From positions 301,690-365,689 of the forward strand of contig MU619240.1 of NCBI GenBank assembly GCA_025201805.1: 64,000 bases of DNA, read 5' to 3'. The notes beneath the pieces are model-generated. The model was not told the origin of the DNA, did no database searches, and saw nothing but the letters and a program-made list of their open reading frames with translations. Source of the stretch: Parasitella parasitica NRRL 2501 (lineage: Eukaryota; Fungi; Mucoromycota). Shown here in pieces: positions 14,432-27,105 of this stretch. The position numbers and the translations under genes were made by a program. Numbering within the stretch: the stretch's first letter is position 1; each line of letters opens with the position of its first letter.

Positions 14432-14757
14432 ATGACTGATTCTAGCTCAAAGCCTCCTACTCGCCAAGAAAGAAAACATTGCTGGTTTCTTCGTGATCAG
14501 TATTTTGGCTGCCTCGATAAATTAAACATTACTGACCCCACCATTGTTGACAAGAACCCTGAAAAAGCAACTGAATGTTTGGAATTGAAGAAGGGATACG
14601 AAGAAGGATGCATGGCTAGTTGGGTATGTAGCTTGATTTTAGTTGCATCTCTAGTTACACTAATGGCACCTAGGTTGAATACTTTAATAAACGTCGTGTA
14701 CTGGATTTACGGCAGAAACAGTACCTGGAGTTTTCTCAACAGCAATCTGGAAAATAA
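14432..14757 (+). CDS. COA6: Cytochrome c oxidase assembly factor Coa6 (COX6B family)
   Basis: PTRQERKHCWFLRDQYFGCLD...C...CMASW|VEYFNKRR with CX9C-CX10C pattern; intron 14624-14673. Confidence 0.85.
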
Positions 14758-15099
14758 ACTAAATTATTGTACATACCGTATCAAATAAAAGAGTGTGCAA
14801 TGTTGAACGTCATGGCATGTTGGCAATGGAGTAGTTGGTTGCTGACCATCTTGACTTGCATTAATCTGCACTTGATCATGATTGAAACCAACATAATTTA
14901 TGCAGCTCTTAAAAGTAAGCTGTTATCTTTTTGATTCAAGATAGAACTGTGTTTTATTGCTTGATTTTATGGAGCAAACAAGCAATTTAGAATGACATTT
15001 GATTTTGACACTCGTGACCGTAGATTAACGCAAAAAAAACTAAACATGCTTTTTTTTTTTTTTTTTTTCAACACATCTCTCATCGTTATTAGGTTCAAC

Positions 15100-16296
15100 A
15101 TGTCAGACAGTGATACCAACACTCCTGCTCATGGTACAATCGAAAAGAGCATAAACATGGATCAATTATTAGAGAAACAAAAGGAGGAAAGAAATAAATT
15201 AACTGCCAAGATTATTGGTTTGCGTAAAGGTGTGCCTAAAAGCGACAAGAGAAAGAAAAGAGAAGTTGCCTCACGTATTGCAGACTTGGAGTACGATTTA
15301 ACAAAGAAGCACGAGGAGGAAATCAGATCGTTCAAAGCAAAGGAAGCTGGATTGGACCCCAATGCTCCAGAGCCTGAAGTAAGTGATTGTATTTAGAGCT
15401 GGCCCAGCATGGCACACTTATTGTGCTTTTCTAGATGGATGATGGCATCTCGCTAGATCGTCTAGATGAATTGAGCCTGGCAGACGAGCCAAAGAAACCT
15501 GTCAAAGAGAACTCAGTGCAGCAGCCCAAAAAGAAAGTAAACAAAGCTAAATTAAGGATTGAAAAGAGAAACGCTGAAATGGAGCGTATACGCATACAAG
15601 CAGAAGAGGAGGCAGAGAATCAGCCTGATCTGGCGGCCTTGGAGACGGAAGCTATCGGAAAGCTAGTCATTCCTATGAATTTAAGAATCAAGCAAGTGGT
15701 AGCTGATGGGCATTGGTATATTCAGTTGCCGGAAATGCTGTTTTGCATCATTTAATTTCTTTTTCTTTTTTTTTTCTTTTTCACAAATGTAGTTTATATA
15801 ACGCATTTGCAGATCAGTTAAAGGCACGATATGACAGAGATGTTACATACAGGGAACTTCGTAAACTGGCAGCTGAACACATGCGTCAACATCCAGACGA
15901 TTTCAGGCCATTTCTATACTTGGAGGATGGTAATTTTGATAGATATTGTGATGATATTGTGAATACAGCATGCTGGGGAGGTCAGTTGGAGGTAAATGAC
16001 AGAGTTGAAAGTCATTAGTGTTTTACACACAACTGACAAAACAAACCAGGTTTTGGCGTTGGCCAGATCAAGTCAAGTGCCTGTAGATATCATTCAGGAC
16101 GGTGGACCCATTATTAAGATTTGTGATGATGAATATCCAGAAAAACCACCCATTAAACTTGCGTAGGTTGCCAAGAGAAAAATCAAAAAAGAGATGCGGT
16201 TATTTAATAACTCTTGCTTTATGTACTAGATACCATAAGCATCTTTATTCGTTAGGTGCTCATTACAATTCGCTTGTCGACCAATTAAATGCCTAA
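15100..16296 (+). CDS. OTU-domain deubiquitinase (OTUD6B/Otu2-like), multi-exon
   Basis: Charged helical N-terminus. Spliced catalytic motif VADGHC-LYNAF, WGGQLE, YHKHLYSLGAHYNSL. Confidence 0.88.
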
Positions 16297-16457
16297 AAGA
16301 TGAACTTCGCCAGTGGATGATCGTTGTTTTTGCGCAATTTGATGTTTCCAAGATTCAATCTTGACGGAGTTGATCCAAAAACCATACATAATATTGGCAC
16401 ACCTGTCAAAAATTAATAAATTGCCTTTTCTTTCCAGTATTTACATCGACTATTCAT

Positions 16458-17120
16458 ATGCTTGCTGCTGATAATACTAACACTGCTGCTGCTGCAACCA
16501 CCCAAACTGAAAAGGCTACTTTTGGTGCTGGCTGTTTTTGGGGAACAGAACACATTTTCAACAAGCATTTCAAAAAGTCCGGCATCATTAGTACCAAGGT
16601 AGGCTTCATGGGCGGTGAACTGGACAGCCCTATATATAAGCAAGTAAAGACTGGCACTACCAACCATGCTGAAGTGTGCGAAATCGTCTTTGATCCCTCT
16701 CAAGTGTCTTTTGACAGATTGACAGATTTCTTTTACAGTATGCATGGCAAGTAGTATTTAGCTTATGATCAATGCATTGTATTAACAGCAGTATGATAGA
16801 CCCTACTACGGTAAATCAACAGGGCCCTGAGGATATCGGCACGCAATACCGCTCAGTTATCTATTATCACAGTGATGCACAAAAAGCAATTGCTGAAAAA
16901 GTGACTCAACAAGTACAAGAAAAGCGCTTGCCCAATTCACGAATTGTTACCTTGATTGAGCCTGCAACGGTCTTTTTCGATGCCGAGGAATACCATCAAT
17001 TTTACTTGGAAAACAATCCTGATGGGTATGCTGTACGTATCATACCATGTGGCAGGTCATTGACTTGATTATTAACTGCCTTTGTGATAATAGTGTCCCA
17101 CGCATTATCTTCGTTGGTGA
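16458..17120 (+). CDS. msrA: Peptide methionine sulfoxide reductase MsrA
   Basis: GAGCFWG active site, HAEVC, DPTTVNQQGPEDIGTQYRS, AEEYHQFYL; last exon CPTHYLRW-stop. Confidence 0.93.
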
Positions 17121-17200
17121 GCAACAACAATGACAGCAACACAATCACCACACTATATCCAGCATTTTATTATACATTACAGTTGAAACGCATACGATTC

Positions 17201-20012
17201 TTATCTAGAGTTTATCAAACCCGATCCACAATAAAGACATTTACAGCAATTTGTCAATATAAAATTGGACAATGTATCCTGATCTGTTGGTTGTAAACTC
17301 TTGGCATCACACACCAAACACTTGCGAAATTTCGGTGAATGCAAAACAGTTCTTGTCATGCTACAGATTTCCCAGAAATGGCCTGCTTCACATTGCGCAA
17401 GTAAAGAGTAAGAAGTTCCACTATTGAGCAAATTCACAGTTTTCTCGCACACAGGACACTTGTTTCTGCCTTTTCTATCAATGGGTGGGGATTCTGGAGA
17501 AAATGTAGTGGCGTAGGCGATTTCTGTCAATAAGTCGCCAAATTGAGGAAACTTGTCGTGTATTCTGACGTAAACGTTTAATGCTTGCTTTATCAGTGGT
17601 TTGTCGCACAGCGCCAGTGCTGAATCAGAGATTGATACTAGTGCTGCAATATCTTGTTCTGTTAGCTGGCTGAATTCTTTGTCTGGCAGTTGATCAGCGT
17701 GAGATAATATCGAATTCGTATAATTGATTTGCACCGTACGCCTAGCTTTTTGACATGTAGTCTCATATTCTGTTCCGAAATCAAGAGGATCATAATTCTA
17801 CATGAATCGTCAAAAAAAAAAAAAAAAAAAAAAAAATGGCTGTTAGGCTTTGGTTTATGATAGATCCGCGTGGAAGATAACTTGCTTGTAACTCTAATTG
17901 TGCATTGATCATCATCCTTGCAGCAATAGTATCAGTACTGCAATATACCTTCTCTGTAAGAGTACTGCCACTGTGACAAACTGATTAATGTGGACTATTT
18001 ATCTAATAGACACTAGGTAAGTACCTGCTAGCAGTAGGTTCGATATTCAGATCACTCGACAGAGTTGAGATCCACTCAGCCAGTGCTTCATTATCTTCAT
18101 CATCTACCAAGTATTGCAACAATTCTCGTACAAAACCTACAATTGGCTTTACAAATACTACAAGGCAATAAGTATATGATTTTCTTTTTTGTAAAGTTTG
18201 TAATTGTTATTTACCACAATATGGGTCATCTAAATAAGTTTTTGTCAATTGGCAGATGGATTCAATGTCTTGGCCACGTTCTCTATCCAAGATGAATTTC
18301 AAATACATTGAATCGTTACTTTCTCCTCTATAGTGAATATCTACATCTGGCCTCAAACTATCAGAAATGTGTCAGTTTGTTAGAAATACCTGCTACCAGG
18401 CCAACTTACTCAAAAGATAGAGCTGTAAAGATTTGGTTTCTTGTATCGCTTGCTCCCCATAAGAACGGGTGCGCATCAGATGCAGATAATATGTGATCGT
18501 CGTCAGCCTTCAATTGCTCTTCTATCCATTGCTGCTTGTATGTTTGTACTAGCGTTGCGCTCCACATGATAGATAATTGCTTGTCGTATTGCACATCACC
18601 GTTTGATTCAATTTTCAAATAAGTGCATTCACCTTCTACCGTAAAGCCCCTGAAAAGAACGATATTGTTATCATCGCGAACCCAAGTACCGCATGACAAG
18701 CCCAATCCAGACGACAAAAGAGTGTACGCTTGCCAATCTTTCTTTGGTACCAGTTTATCACCCTTTTTCACATCCAAACATATTATTTGAACTCGGACAC
18801 CTTTCGAAATTGCAATCCTGATAATTCCTTTGGCGAAATCGTCAAACATTTTGATTAAAGTGGTGACAGCTCGATCGCCTTCTTCAAACCATACATGTAG
18901 AACCTTCATCTTGATATCCCCGATCCGTGTAGTTCTTGATTTAGAGACAACTGACGTTTTTACTTGAACAGAGGAAATGGCTACTGTTCCATCTGTACAG
19001 GCTGATGCGATGAATGCAATGTACGTGGTGCTGTTGACTTTCTTCCAATCAGTCCATTCAAGTAGGTTGACGAATGATTTATGCGGTGTTATTTTAGTCT
19101 TGTAGTCGAATGAATCGGTATATGCCCAAATGCAGACATCGCCGGCTTTATTGGATGTAGCCAATAATGCAGGCTTGGACGCGAGAGGGTTGGGTATCAA
19201 GCGTTTCGACCAGCTAGCGCCTATATTGACCAAGGTCAGTACACAAAATCAGTAACAGACTACGTCAATGCGTACATAATGTGTGGTGAGGATTGATTCG
19301 GGTTTCATGTTGATGTGAAATTGCATGATCTTTGATCTTGTCTGTCAAATCTACACACTATAGCAAATGAATACGAGTTATATGGCCAAAATTAGAACTA
19401 TTAAGGACCCAACAACGCTTACCAAATTCCAATCGGAATTTGTGGGATCTCTGGATGAAATCTGATACAAAAGTACTCGATGTTTGGTTGTAACAACTGT
19501 CAAAAAACAACTAGATCCACCAAAACCATTAATTCCAATATTCATTGAACGAGACTCTTTCTTTTCTATACCTTTGATTAGGTGAGAGGTTCGGCGGCGA
19601 CCATCTAGCCAAGCGAAACGATTCTTCATTTAAGAAAGATGTTTCCACTTTATCGTTTTCAGCTAGTGCGGATCTCAAGTTAGAAACAAATAGGTGCATT
19701 TTAACTTTCCCTATATGACGGATCGTTGCTACTTACTGATCATGACAGAGTCAGCTATTCTTTCTAAAGGCGGTAAAATGATGCCTACATACTTATACTT
19801 TTCTTTTGTGGATAGCATCCCAACCAAGATTGGTGTCTGTAGAATGAAAGAGTTAGTGAATATGGTTCAGCACTCTATCGTTGACTTTTTTACGATACCA
19901 CAATATAAACACCTTTATCATTGCAGATAACCAATTGGTTGTCTTCACTCCATTGAATGCAGTCTACGAGAAAGGGGTTTCCTTTGAAAGAAATGGCAGG
20001 TTGATTTTCCAT
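17201..20012 (-). CDS. Transcription factor IIIC 90-kDa/delta-like subunit (WD40 N-terminus + C-terminal zinc finger), multi-exon
   Basis: Start MENQPAISFKGNPFLVDCIQWSEDNQL. WD-like middle exons. C-terminal CPVC...CEAGHFWEICSMT...CLVC...CLYCG pattern. Confidence 0.75.
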
Positions 20013-20553
20013 GATAAACAAAAGTATTACGTTACAAACGCGCCGATGCCTGAATTTCTAGCTTTTTGTGCTGTGCTCCTGGTTGTTTCGGAGTCACCCT
20101 GTTTTCGGTTGTTTTACTCGAGTGAATTGAACATTGGGTCTACTAAAGTATCCATGTATTGAACATACGCTCTGGATCTATTCCAGCACTCATCAGTTAT
20201 TGCCTCAAAAGAGTGATTTTAGAATCCCTGTATACTTAAATTGCCTTGTACTGAAGTTCGTAATGCTTGTCCCTTCTTGTAATAATTTAATTTTCTGTCA
20301 ACATTGGGAGGTATCAAAGAAATTGTATCATAATGCACTATATTTGGGCTTATTGTATCGCAAGGAGACGGATCAACGCTCATAGTTATACTCCTCCTCC
20401 GCTTGATAATTGAAACAGGTGCAGGGGTTTACGACAATGTAAAAGACAAAAAATGGGTTTTTATATTAAAAAGAAAGGAGGAAAATTATCAGGAGTAGAC
20501 AGGAAAAAAAAGAAAAGTATAGTATATTTAGCCAAATCCAGGGAGGCAATGGC

Positions 20554-21427
20554 TTACTCGTACTGTATGATGAATTTTTCATCATATTGCTGTTGCTGCT
20601 GCTGCTGTTGCTGCTTCTGCTGGTGGTTCGTATATGGCCAAGCAGAATATATGCTCTGTTTTTCGTCTTTTGAGGAATTTACATGAGCGTATAATGGCAC
20701 AGTGACGAAATCAACAGAAGAGTATCTATTGAATTGCTTGCTTGTGAGTGCGTTATAACGATCATCAAACTCGATAACAATAGACTATGATGAATTTGTT
20801 AAAGCTGTGCATATGTATACCGTGTACATAGAAACTTACATAAATTGTCTTCATGTTGGAATTATTAGCTATATTGATTTGCTTTGTAACATCATTGAGA
20901 TCGGACCCGTTTTTACTGAAGCGATAATTGATGCCTCGAATGTTTTCTGTTGCATTGATACGATTGCAAATAGTAAGAATACCAAGCTCAAACTTGAAAT
21001 ATATATATGCATATTATTTAGTAGAACTTCTTTGTGTAATCAATTATTTTTTCTCACTCTTTGACGCAAGACTCGATGTCTCCAAATAAAAAGCAGAGTA
21101 GTAAGCAGCATGAAGAATGGCAGAATGACTAACCCATATGAACTTTTGGTATATAGCCACAATAAATAGTTTCCAATGATAGCAGCCATCCAGAGAACCC
21201 AAATCAGCACAAACCAAACGTATCTGTTGCCTGGAGGAGGATTCTTACGAATTGACTGATTCAACAGATTAAAAGTGGAGCAGAAGTCTTCCACTGATAA
21301 CTATATATTAATGAGTTGATTAGCATCTATATGACAATATTATTGGTATACTTACATATCCTTGAAGATCAAAAGTGTACTGATCGTCAAATTTCTTGTT
21401 TATGAGCGCGAAACGGGCTGATTTCAT
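20554..21427 (-). CDS. Hypothetical two-TM membrane protein, 4 exons
   Basis: Splices in frame: MKSARFALINKKFDDQYTFDLQGY|LSVEDF...two hydrophobic helices...|FELGILTICNRINATENIRGINYRF...|SIVIEFDDRY...polyQ-stop. Confidence 0.7.
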
Positions 21428-21797
21428 ATTATAAAAAAAAAACGAAAGGAATGATAATGCTGAATGAGTGTAATGGGAGTTTCGTAATGTGTACAATTAA
21501 AAAAGCACTTGATGATAAAAGTGGAAAGAAAATACTTGAGTTAAATGCAAACCTCTCAATTCTAATATATAGCTGTATATAAAGGAAAAAAAAAAATGGT
21601 GCCCATCATTTTGCCTTTTAGCGACTAAAAAGGGAGCAAAGAAATATAATATAAAAAAGTATCTAAACAATGTTGTATCAAGTATAAAAGCGATCGATAA
21701 ATTTTTAGGAGAAACGCAATGAATTTTCTAGCAGGAATTATCCTGAATTTTATTTAAACATGTTGTATAGCATGTACTCATACACAATTAAAAACAC

Positions 21798-23404
21798 TTA
21801 GGCAAATCCAAGGATCCTATTGTGAAGATTCAAAGCTTTCTTCTGACCTTCGGTAGCATCAGAGGAAAGCACTGGGTAGGGGATTAAGCCCATGTTCAAC
21901 TTTTCAGCGTCATTTGTAGTGCTTGGTTTAACTCTGTCGTGGAACGTTTCTTCAAAGTGGTTACCAGGAAAATCAGGAGGAGTCCTATATTGATTAAAGG
22001 CAATAAATAAAACGATAAAGTATATGCATATATTAAAATATACACGCTATACTCACAGGCCTTTTTCAAACGCATCTCTTTGTATTTTGACATATTCTGA
22101 ATTGATACGACAAAGAGGTACAGAAGGAATGTAAAGAACAGAAGAATCAACCTTGGAGTCATTTTTTCGCTCTACTGAATGCACTTGGTCACAGTGCCAA
22201 AATACACAATCACCGGGCTTGACATCAGGCATAGAAACCATAGTATCAATGATATGTGGATAATCAGTCTTCCCGATACTTTGACATAAACCAGGTAAGG
22301 CACCAAGATAATCGCTGTTGAGGCATTTTTTTTAGCAATTACTTTTAAAGTTTCTATATTTCATCTCACTTCTTATCAATGTACTCTTCAATCAAAGGCT
22401 TCATCAAGAAATAGGCAACAGATTGCCGTAAAAGAGGACAAACACGAAGAGTTCCGGCGCCAGTCTTGATGTCAGACATAGCAATCCAGCCTTGGAAGTT
22501 TCTAAAGACTGAGCAGCCACCAGGAGAATTATAATAGTCCATACGTGCTTCGACACGATGTGTAGCATCGAATGAGTCATGTTTCTATATGAAATCGGTG
22601 CTTTAGTAAATCTAACAATCTGAAATGCTACGCCATTTACCTCCCACTCGCCATTAAAGATATTCGTGTAACATTTACGATATTCAGGGTCTTGCCAGCC
22701 TAATGTTAAACTTGGTTATCTTTCCATGTAATGCAGTAAAATATTAAATTTATATTACGTTCAATAGAGCCACTGTCAACATGTTCCTGTAAAGCAAAGC
22801 TATCATCCCCGGGGTTTCGAAGACGAAGACGATCACAATAACCCAAGTTCTTGGTCAAGTCAATGACAGTATTATCCTCAGTATGCCAAAGTTGATTCAA
22901 AGCCAAAGTAGCAGCTTCAAAGCGGGGATGGCTTCTAGCAGCTACTTGTGAATGAGACCAATATACCTCCCACACCTGGGGATCGTTCTTGGGAGATCCT
23001 GCAATCTGGCCAGCATGATTCTCGATATAAGACTTGATCTGCTCCTTGTAACCACGAGCTTCTTGTTCAGGAATAACGTTTTTGATAACGACGCAGCCTC
23101 GGCGGCGGATCTCAGCTTCTATCTTGGGAGGGAAACAGCCATTGTTGGCTTGAATTTCCTGAAAATCAACCTGAGGAACAACAGATGAGCCCTTCCTCTT
23201 GATCTCGAGTGTCTCTTTTTCGAACGATTTCAAAAGTGTTTGGTAAGCCCTGTTGAGAATAGATGGGTCTTTGGGTGCAATCTCTTTCTTCAATTTAAGA
23301 AGGCTGAGATCAAGTTGTGTTTCTTTGCCACCTAAATGGGAAAAGACAGAGCTAATGTCACCTTTTGGCTTGATAGATTGTGGCTGGGAGCTCAAGGCCA
23401 TCAT
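21798..23404 (-). CDS. DUF1479 (YbiU/Gig2-like) putative oxygenase, multi-exon
   Basis: GDISSVFSHL, IRRRGCVVIKNVIP, WEVYWSHSQVAARSHP, YCDRLRLRNPG, HVDSGSIERW, FRNFQGWIAMS, PGDCVFWHCDQVHSVE. Confidence 0.88.
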
Positions 23405-23878
23405 TGTGCGAATATCCAATTGATGAAAAGAAAGACGATACTTTGATAAATCAATCGAAAACATGCCCCTCTATTTATAGTTGCTTTACATTCTAGGTAT
23501 TGGAGGTTAAGCTTGTTGTTTTTTCAATATCAGCGGACCGACAGAGGGCCACGGAAAAATGGCCTTGATCTTAATTGAGCAAAGGATCAGGAAGAAAAAG
23601 GCTCCGGGCAAAATTTTCTTGGGAATCAATGGTTTGGGCCTTTCATGTCGGATGAACTTACTTTGACTATAAAAATCACTTGTGCAATAATTAAATCATA
23701 GGTTCTACCCTATTTGTATGTGGATATTCGGTTGACTTGTGAGATGATCGTCTGCATTGAAAATCCCATCATTGTGTGCACTAAGAAAAATTGCCCTCTT
23801 GCCCTCTTGCCCCTCAATAAGATAAATGTAGCATAAAAAAAAAAATACATCCAGTGAAATATTTATTCTAGGACTCTA

Positions 23879-25011
23879 CAGTCAACGAAAAAAGGTTGGC
23901 CCAATAAAAAAAATAATTGGTCAGCTTGAAATGAAAATGGGCCACCGATTTTGAAAATGGGTCACTAAGACAAAAATGGGTCACTGCTTTGAAAATGGAT
24001 CATTTAATACGAAAATGGGTCACCAATAAAGAAATTTAATGCATGCTTTTTATTTTGCCTCTTATAATCCTTTTTCACAATTCAAGCATCTCTGCCAGAA
24101 CGTCAAAGAATGCTTTATCCAATTCTTGCAGTCTTCTCTGCTGATGTAAAATGATGCATTGCGAATACGATCAGAGATTTTTTCATTCTGCCTGACAGAA
24201 GAGGGATCGTTATTTACAACAGTCTTCAGCTTGGACCAAAACTCTTCGATTGGATTCAAAAAAAGGAGAAAAAAGAGGCAAAAAGAGAAGTTTATAGCCA
24301 CGTTGACCAAGCCAATATTCAATAAGTGCAGCCTTGTGAATTGGATGCATTGTCAAGAACTAGATATTTGTAGCTCATGTTAGCCGTATCAAGTGTATTC
24401 AAGGAAGTCATTGCTGGTAGTACCCTTTTTCTTGAGGGCCTGAGATTTCTCACCAGTTCGAGTTCGCTTTCCACTCCTAGCACCAAGTAAAACTTCTTTT
24501 CTGGATAATGTGATTAAACCACTTTTTACAAATAGCACCCAAGATGCTGACATTTGCTCCCTTCGTTTGAACATCAATTTTGCAAGGTGTTCCAGCCTCA
24601 GACCATCCATATGAGCGATGCATACTCCTATTAAATCCAGCTTCATCCAAGAACACGCATTTCATTCATAAAATCTATGTTCTGGCTAACCCAGTATGCT
24701 ACCGCATCTCGTCTTTTGGCAACAGTCTCATCCGTGTTCCTGCCATAATATCTAGGAATGATACGCTTGTAGGTTAGGCGACACTTCTTCTTCTTCATAT
24801 GATTTTCCACTGATCTAAGGGTGATCTGTATATCTCTAAATTCTTTTGACAGGTTGTCTGTAACAGCTTCGACTGTCAATGTTGGCTCATTAGCCAGCAG
24901 CTCAAAGATAAATACAGTATGTTCGTCTTTGAGTATTGCTGGTCGTCCCTTTCCTACTTTGGTTGCGATAGAATCAGGGAATCCCTTTTCAACTATTTCG
25001 CTTGTCATTTG
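23879..25011 (-). mobile_element. Tc1/mariner (IS630-like DDE) DNA transposon, copy A; decayed, 5' part lost in gap
   Basis: TA at 23877-78 followed by terminal CAGTC... repeat (23879-24035). Frameshifted transposase fragments with FLDEAGF, VLDNAS and NPIEEFWSKLK. Confidence 0.9.
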
Positions 25012-25756
25012 NNNNNNNNNNNNNNNNNNNNNNNNNNNNNNNNNNNNNNNNNNNNNNNNNNNNNNNNNNNNNNNNNNNNNNNNNNNNNNNNNNNNNNNNN
25101 NNNNNNNNNNNNNNNNNNNNNNNNNNNNNNNNNNNNNNNNNNNNNNNNNNNNNNNNNNNNNNNNNNNNNNNNNNNNNNNNNNNNNNNNNNNNNNNNNNNN
25201 NNNNNNNNNNNNNNNNNNNNNNNNNNNNNNNNNNNNNNNNNNNNNNNNNNNNNNNNNNNNNNNNNNNNNNNNNNNNNNNNNNNNNNNNNNNNNNNNNNNN
25301 NNNNNNNNNNNNNNNNNNNNNNNNNNNNNNNNNNNNNNNNNNNNNNNNNNNNNNNNNNNNNNNNNNNNNNNNNNNNNNNNNNNNNNNNNNNNNNNNNNNN
25401 NNNNNNNNNNNNNNNNNNNNNNNNNNNNNNNNNNNNNNNNNNNNNNNNNNNNNNNNNNNNNNNNNNNNNNNNNNNNNNNNNNNNNNNNNNNNNNNNNNNN
25501 NNNNNNNNNNNNNNNNNNNNNNNNNNNNNNNNNNNNNNNNNNNNNNNNNNNNNNNNNNNNNNNNNNNNNNNNNNNNNNNNNNNNNNNNNNNNNNNNNNNN
25601 NNNNNNNNNNNNNNNNNNNNNNNNNNNNNNNNNNNNNNNNNNNNNNNNNNNNNNNNNNNNNNNNNNNNNNNNNNNNNNNNNNNNNNNNNNNNNNNNNNNN
25701 NNNNNNNNNNNNNNNNNNNNNNNNNNNNNNNNNNNNNNNNNNNNNNNNNNNNNNNN
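25012..25756. other. Assembly gap (745 N)
   Basis: Run of Ns inside the left arm of the inverted repeat. Confidence 0.99.
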
Positions 25757-25887
25757 TAAGACTAACTTGTGCTTTCGACTAGACCGTAGTCAAATTCAAC
25801 GTCGCGATCTCATTGCAAATTTACAGCGTCAAGATATGGCTTTGTTACGTTGCAGTGGAATTTAAACGTTACGGTTTTGTTACGGTT
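25757..25887. repeat. Left inner inverted-repeat block (pairs with 30996-31126)
   Basis: 131 bp equal to the reverse complement of 30996-31126 with two visible mismatches. Confidence 0.95.
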
Positions 25888-26271
25888 TTGTTACGGTTAC
25901 GTTACGGTTACGTTACGGTTACGTTACGATTACGTTACGGATTTGTTACGGCTTTGGTACGGTTTTGTTACGGTTACGTTCGGTTTTGTTACGGTTACGT
26001 TACGGTTACGTTACGGTTACGTTACGACTTTGTTACGGTTTTGTTACTGTTACGTTACGGCTTTGTTACGGTTTTGTTACGGTTACGTTCGGTTTTGTTA
26101 CTGTTACGTTACGGTTACGTTACGGTTTTGTTACGGTTACGTTACGGTTTTGTTACTGTTACGTTACGGCTTTGTTACGGTTTTGTTACGGTTACGTTAC
26201 TGTTACGTTACTGTTACGTTACGGATTTGTTACGGTTTTGTTACGGTTACGTTACGGTTTTGTTGCGTTAC
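25868..26271 (+). repeat. 11-bp-period minisatellite (GTTAC+NNNNNN), ~36 units
   Basis: Units GTTACGGTTTT, GTTACGGTTAC, GTTACGGCTTT, GTTACTGTTAC, GTTACGGATTT and similar. Confidence 0.95.
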
Positions 26272-26365
26272 AACCAAATCATGTTATTTTCTCCGGAACT
26301 AATTTCCCCTAAAAAAAAAAAGTTATTTTCTAATTAAAGTTTTATTTATTTCTCTTCTTTTTGTA

Positions 26366-26974
26366 ATGTCTAGCCACCAATTTTCCTCTAACGACTACTT
26401 GAACAATGAGCAGGTTTGCAAGATACTCTCTGAAGATCAAAATATCATCGACATCATAACGGAGAATTTATTGAATGTGTATGAAAATACATACATGTGT
26501 GATTCATTCGAAATTCTCGGGAATGGAGTAAGAATCACATATAAACCACGTTTAGTAAATCATTCTGCTTTGCCTCCTATCATCTTAAATTTTCAGCCAT
26601 ATATTAATCAAGATGCAATGACAAATGCCATTGATCGATGTTACCAAGTTCAGGTACAAAAAAATCAACTTCCGTTGATATTATTCATTTGTTCTGAAAG
26701 ACTCTCGGATCCAATTTTGGACTTGTTTGTACCTTTACAAGGCAATTCGTACTTGTATTATTTACCAGACACTTTCTGGTCACAGAAATGTCTATTAATA
26801 TCTGAACACTCTTTCAAACGAAATATCGGTGACGACAAAAATATTAATGGACTTGCCGTTCTAGCAATGTTTCTTCTCCAAGAAAATCAGGCAATAGCAA
26901 AGATTGGGAAATCGAAAGACACTGCCACTCAGGAACTGTACATTAAATGCAAAAATATTTTTTATTTTGATTAA
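26366..26974 (+). CDS. PD-(D/E)xK/Rpn-like fold protein, apparently catalytically degenerate; paralog of 29886-30956
   Basis: Uninterrupted 202-aa ORF, alignable by eye to the minus-strand protein: IIDIITENLLNV~VKNIITAAILDV, PIILNFQ~PIIVEVQ, FWSQKCLLI~YWARKGYLI, LAVLAMFLLQE~FAAVSNFILQQ. Confidence 0.6.
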   Translation: MSSHQFSSNDYLNNEQVCKILSEDQNIIDIITENLLNVYENTYMCDSFEILGNGVRITYKPRLVNHSALPPIILNFQPYINQDAMTNAIDRCYQVQVQKNQLPLILFICSERLSDPILDLFVPLQGNSYLYYLPDTFWSQKCLLISEHSFKRNIGDDKNINGLAVLAMFLLQENQAIAKIGKSKDTATQELYIKCKNIFYFD

Positions 26975-27105
26975 TCTCCTTGTTAAATATTAACAGGGAT
27001 GACAGTATTTATAAAATAAAATAAAAAAATGAAAAATAAAAACAAAGACTTTAAAAAAAAACAATTATATAACCAGGTTAAATTGTCATGTAAAAGTGTT
27101 TTCTA

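Noticed and set aside
24821-25865. Long ORFs containing X runs (also 8941-9381, 52071-52547, 55490-55696)
   Set aside because: Translations through N gaps.
25868-26271. CRISPR array or telomere interpretation of the GTTAC repeats
   Set aside because: No unique spacers and eukaryotic context; interstitial, heterogeneous 11-mers without the G-runs of typical telomeric repeats.
25813-26337. Three overlapping ORFs rich in [10 protein letters not shown]
   Set aside because: Artefacts of the stop-free 11-bp minisatellite; open in all three frames.
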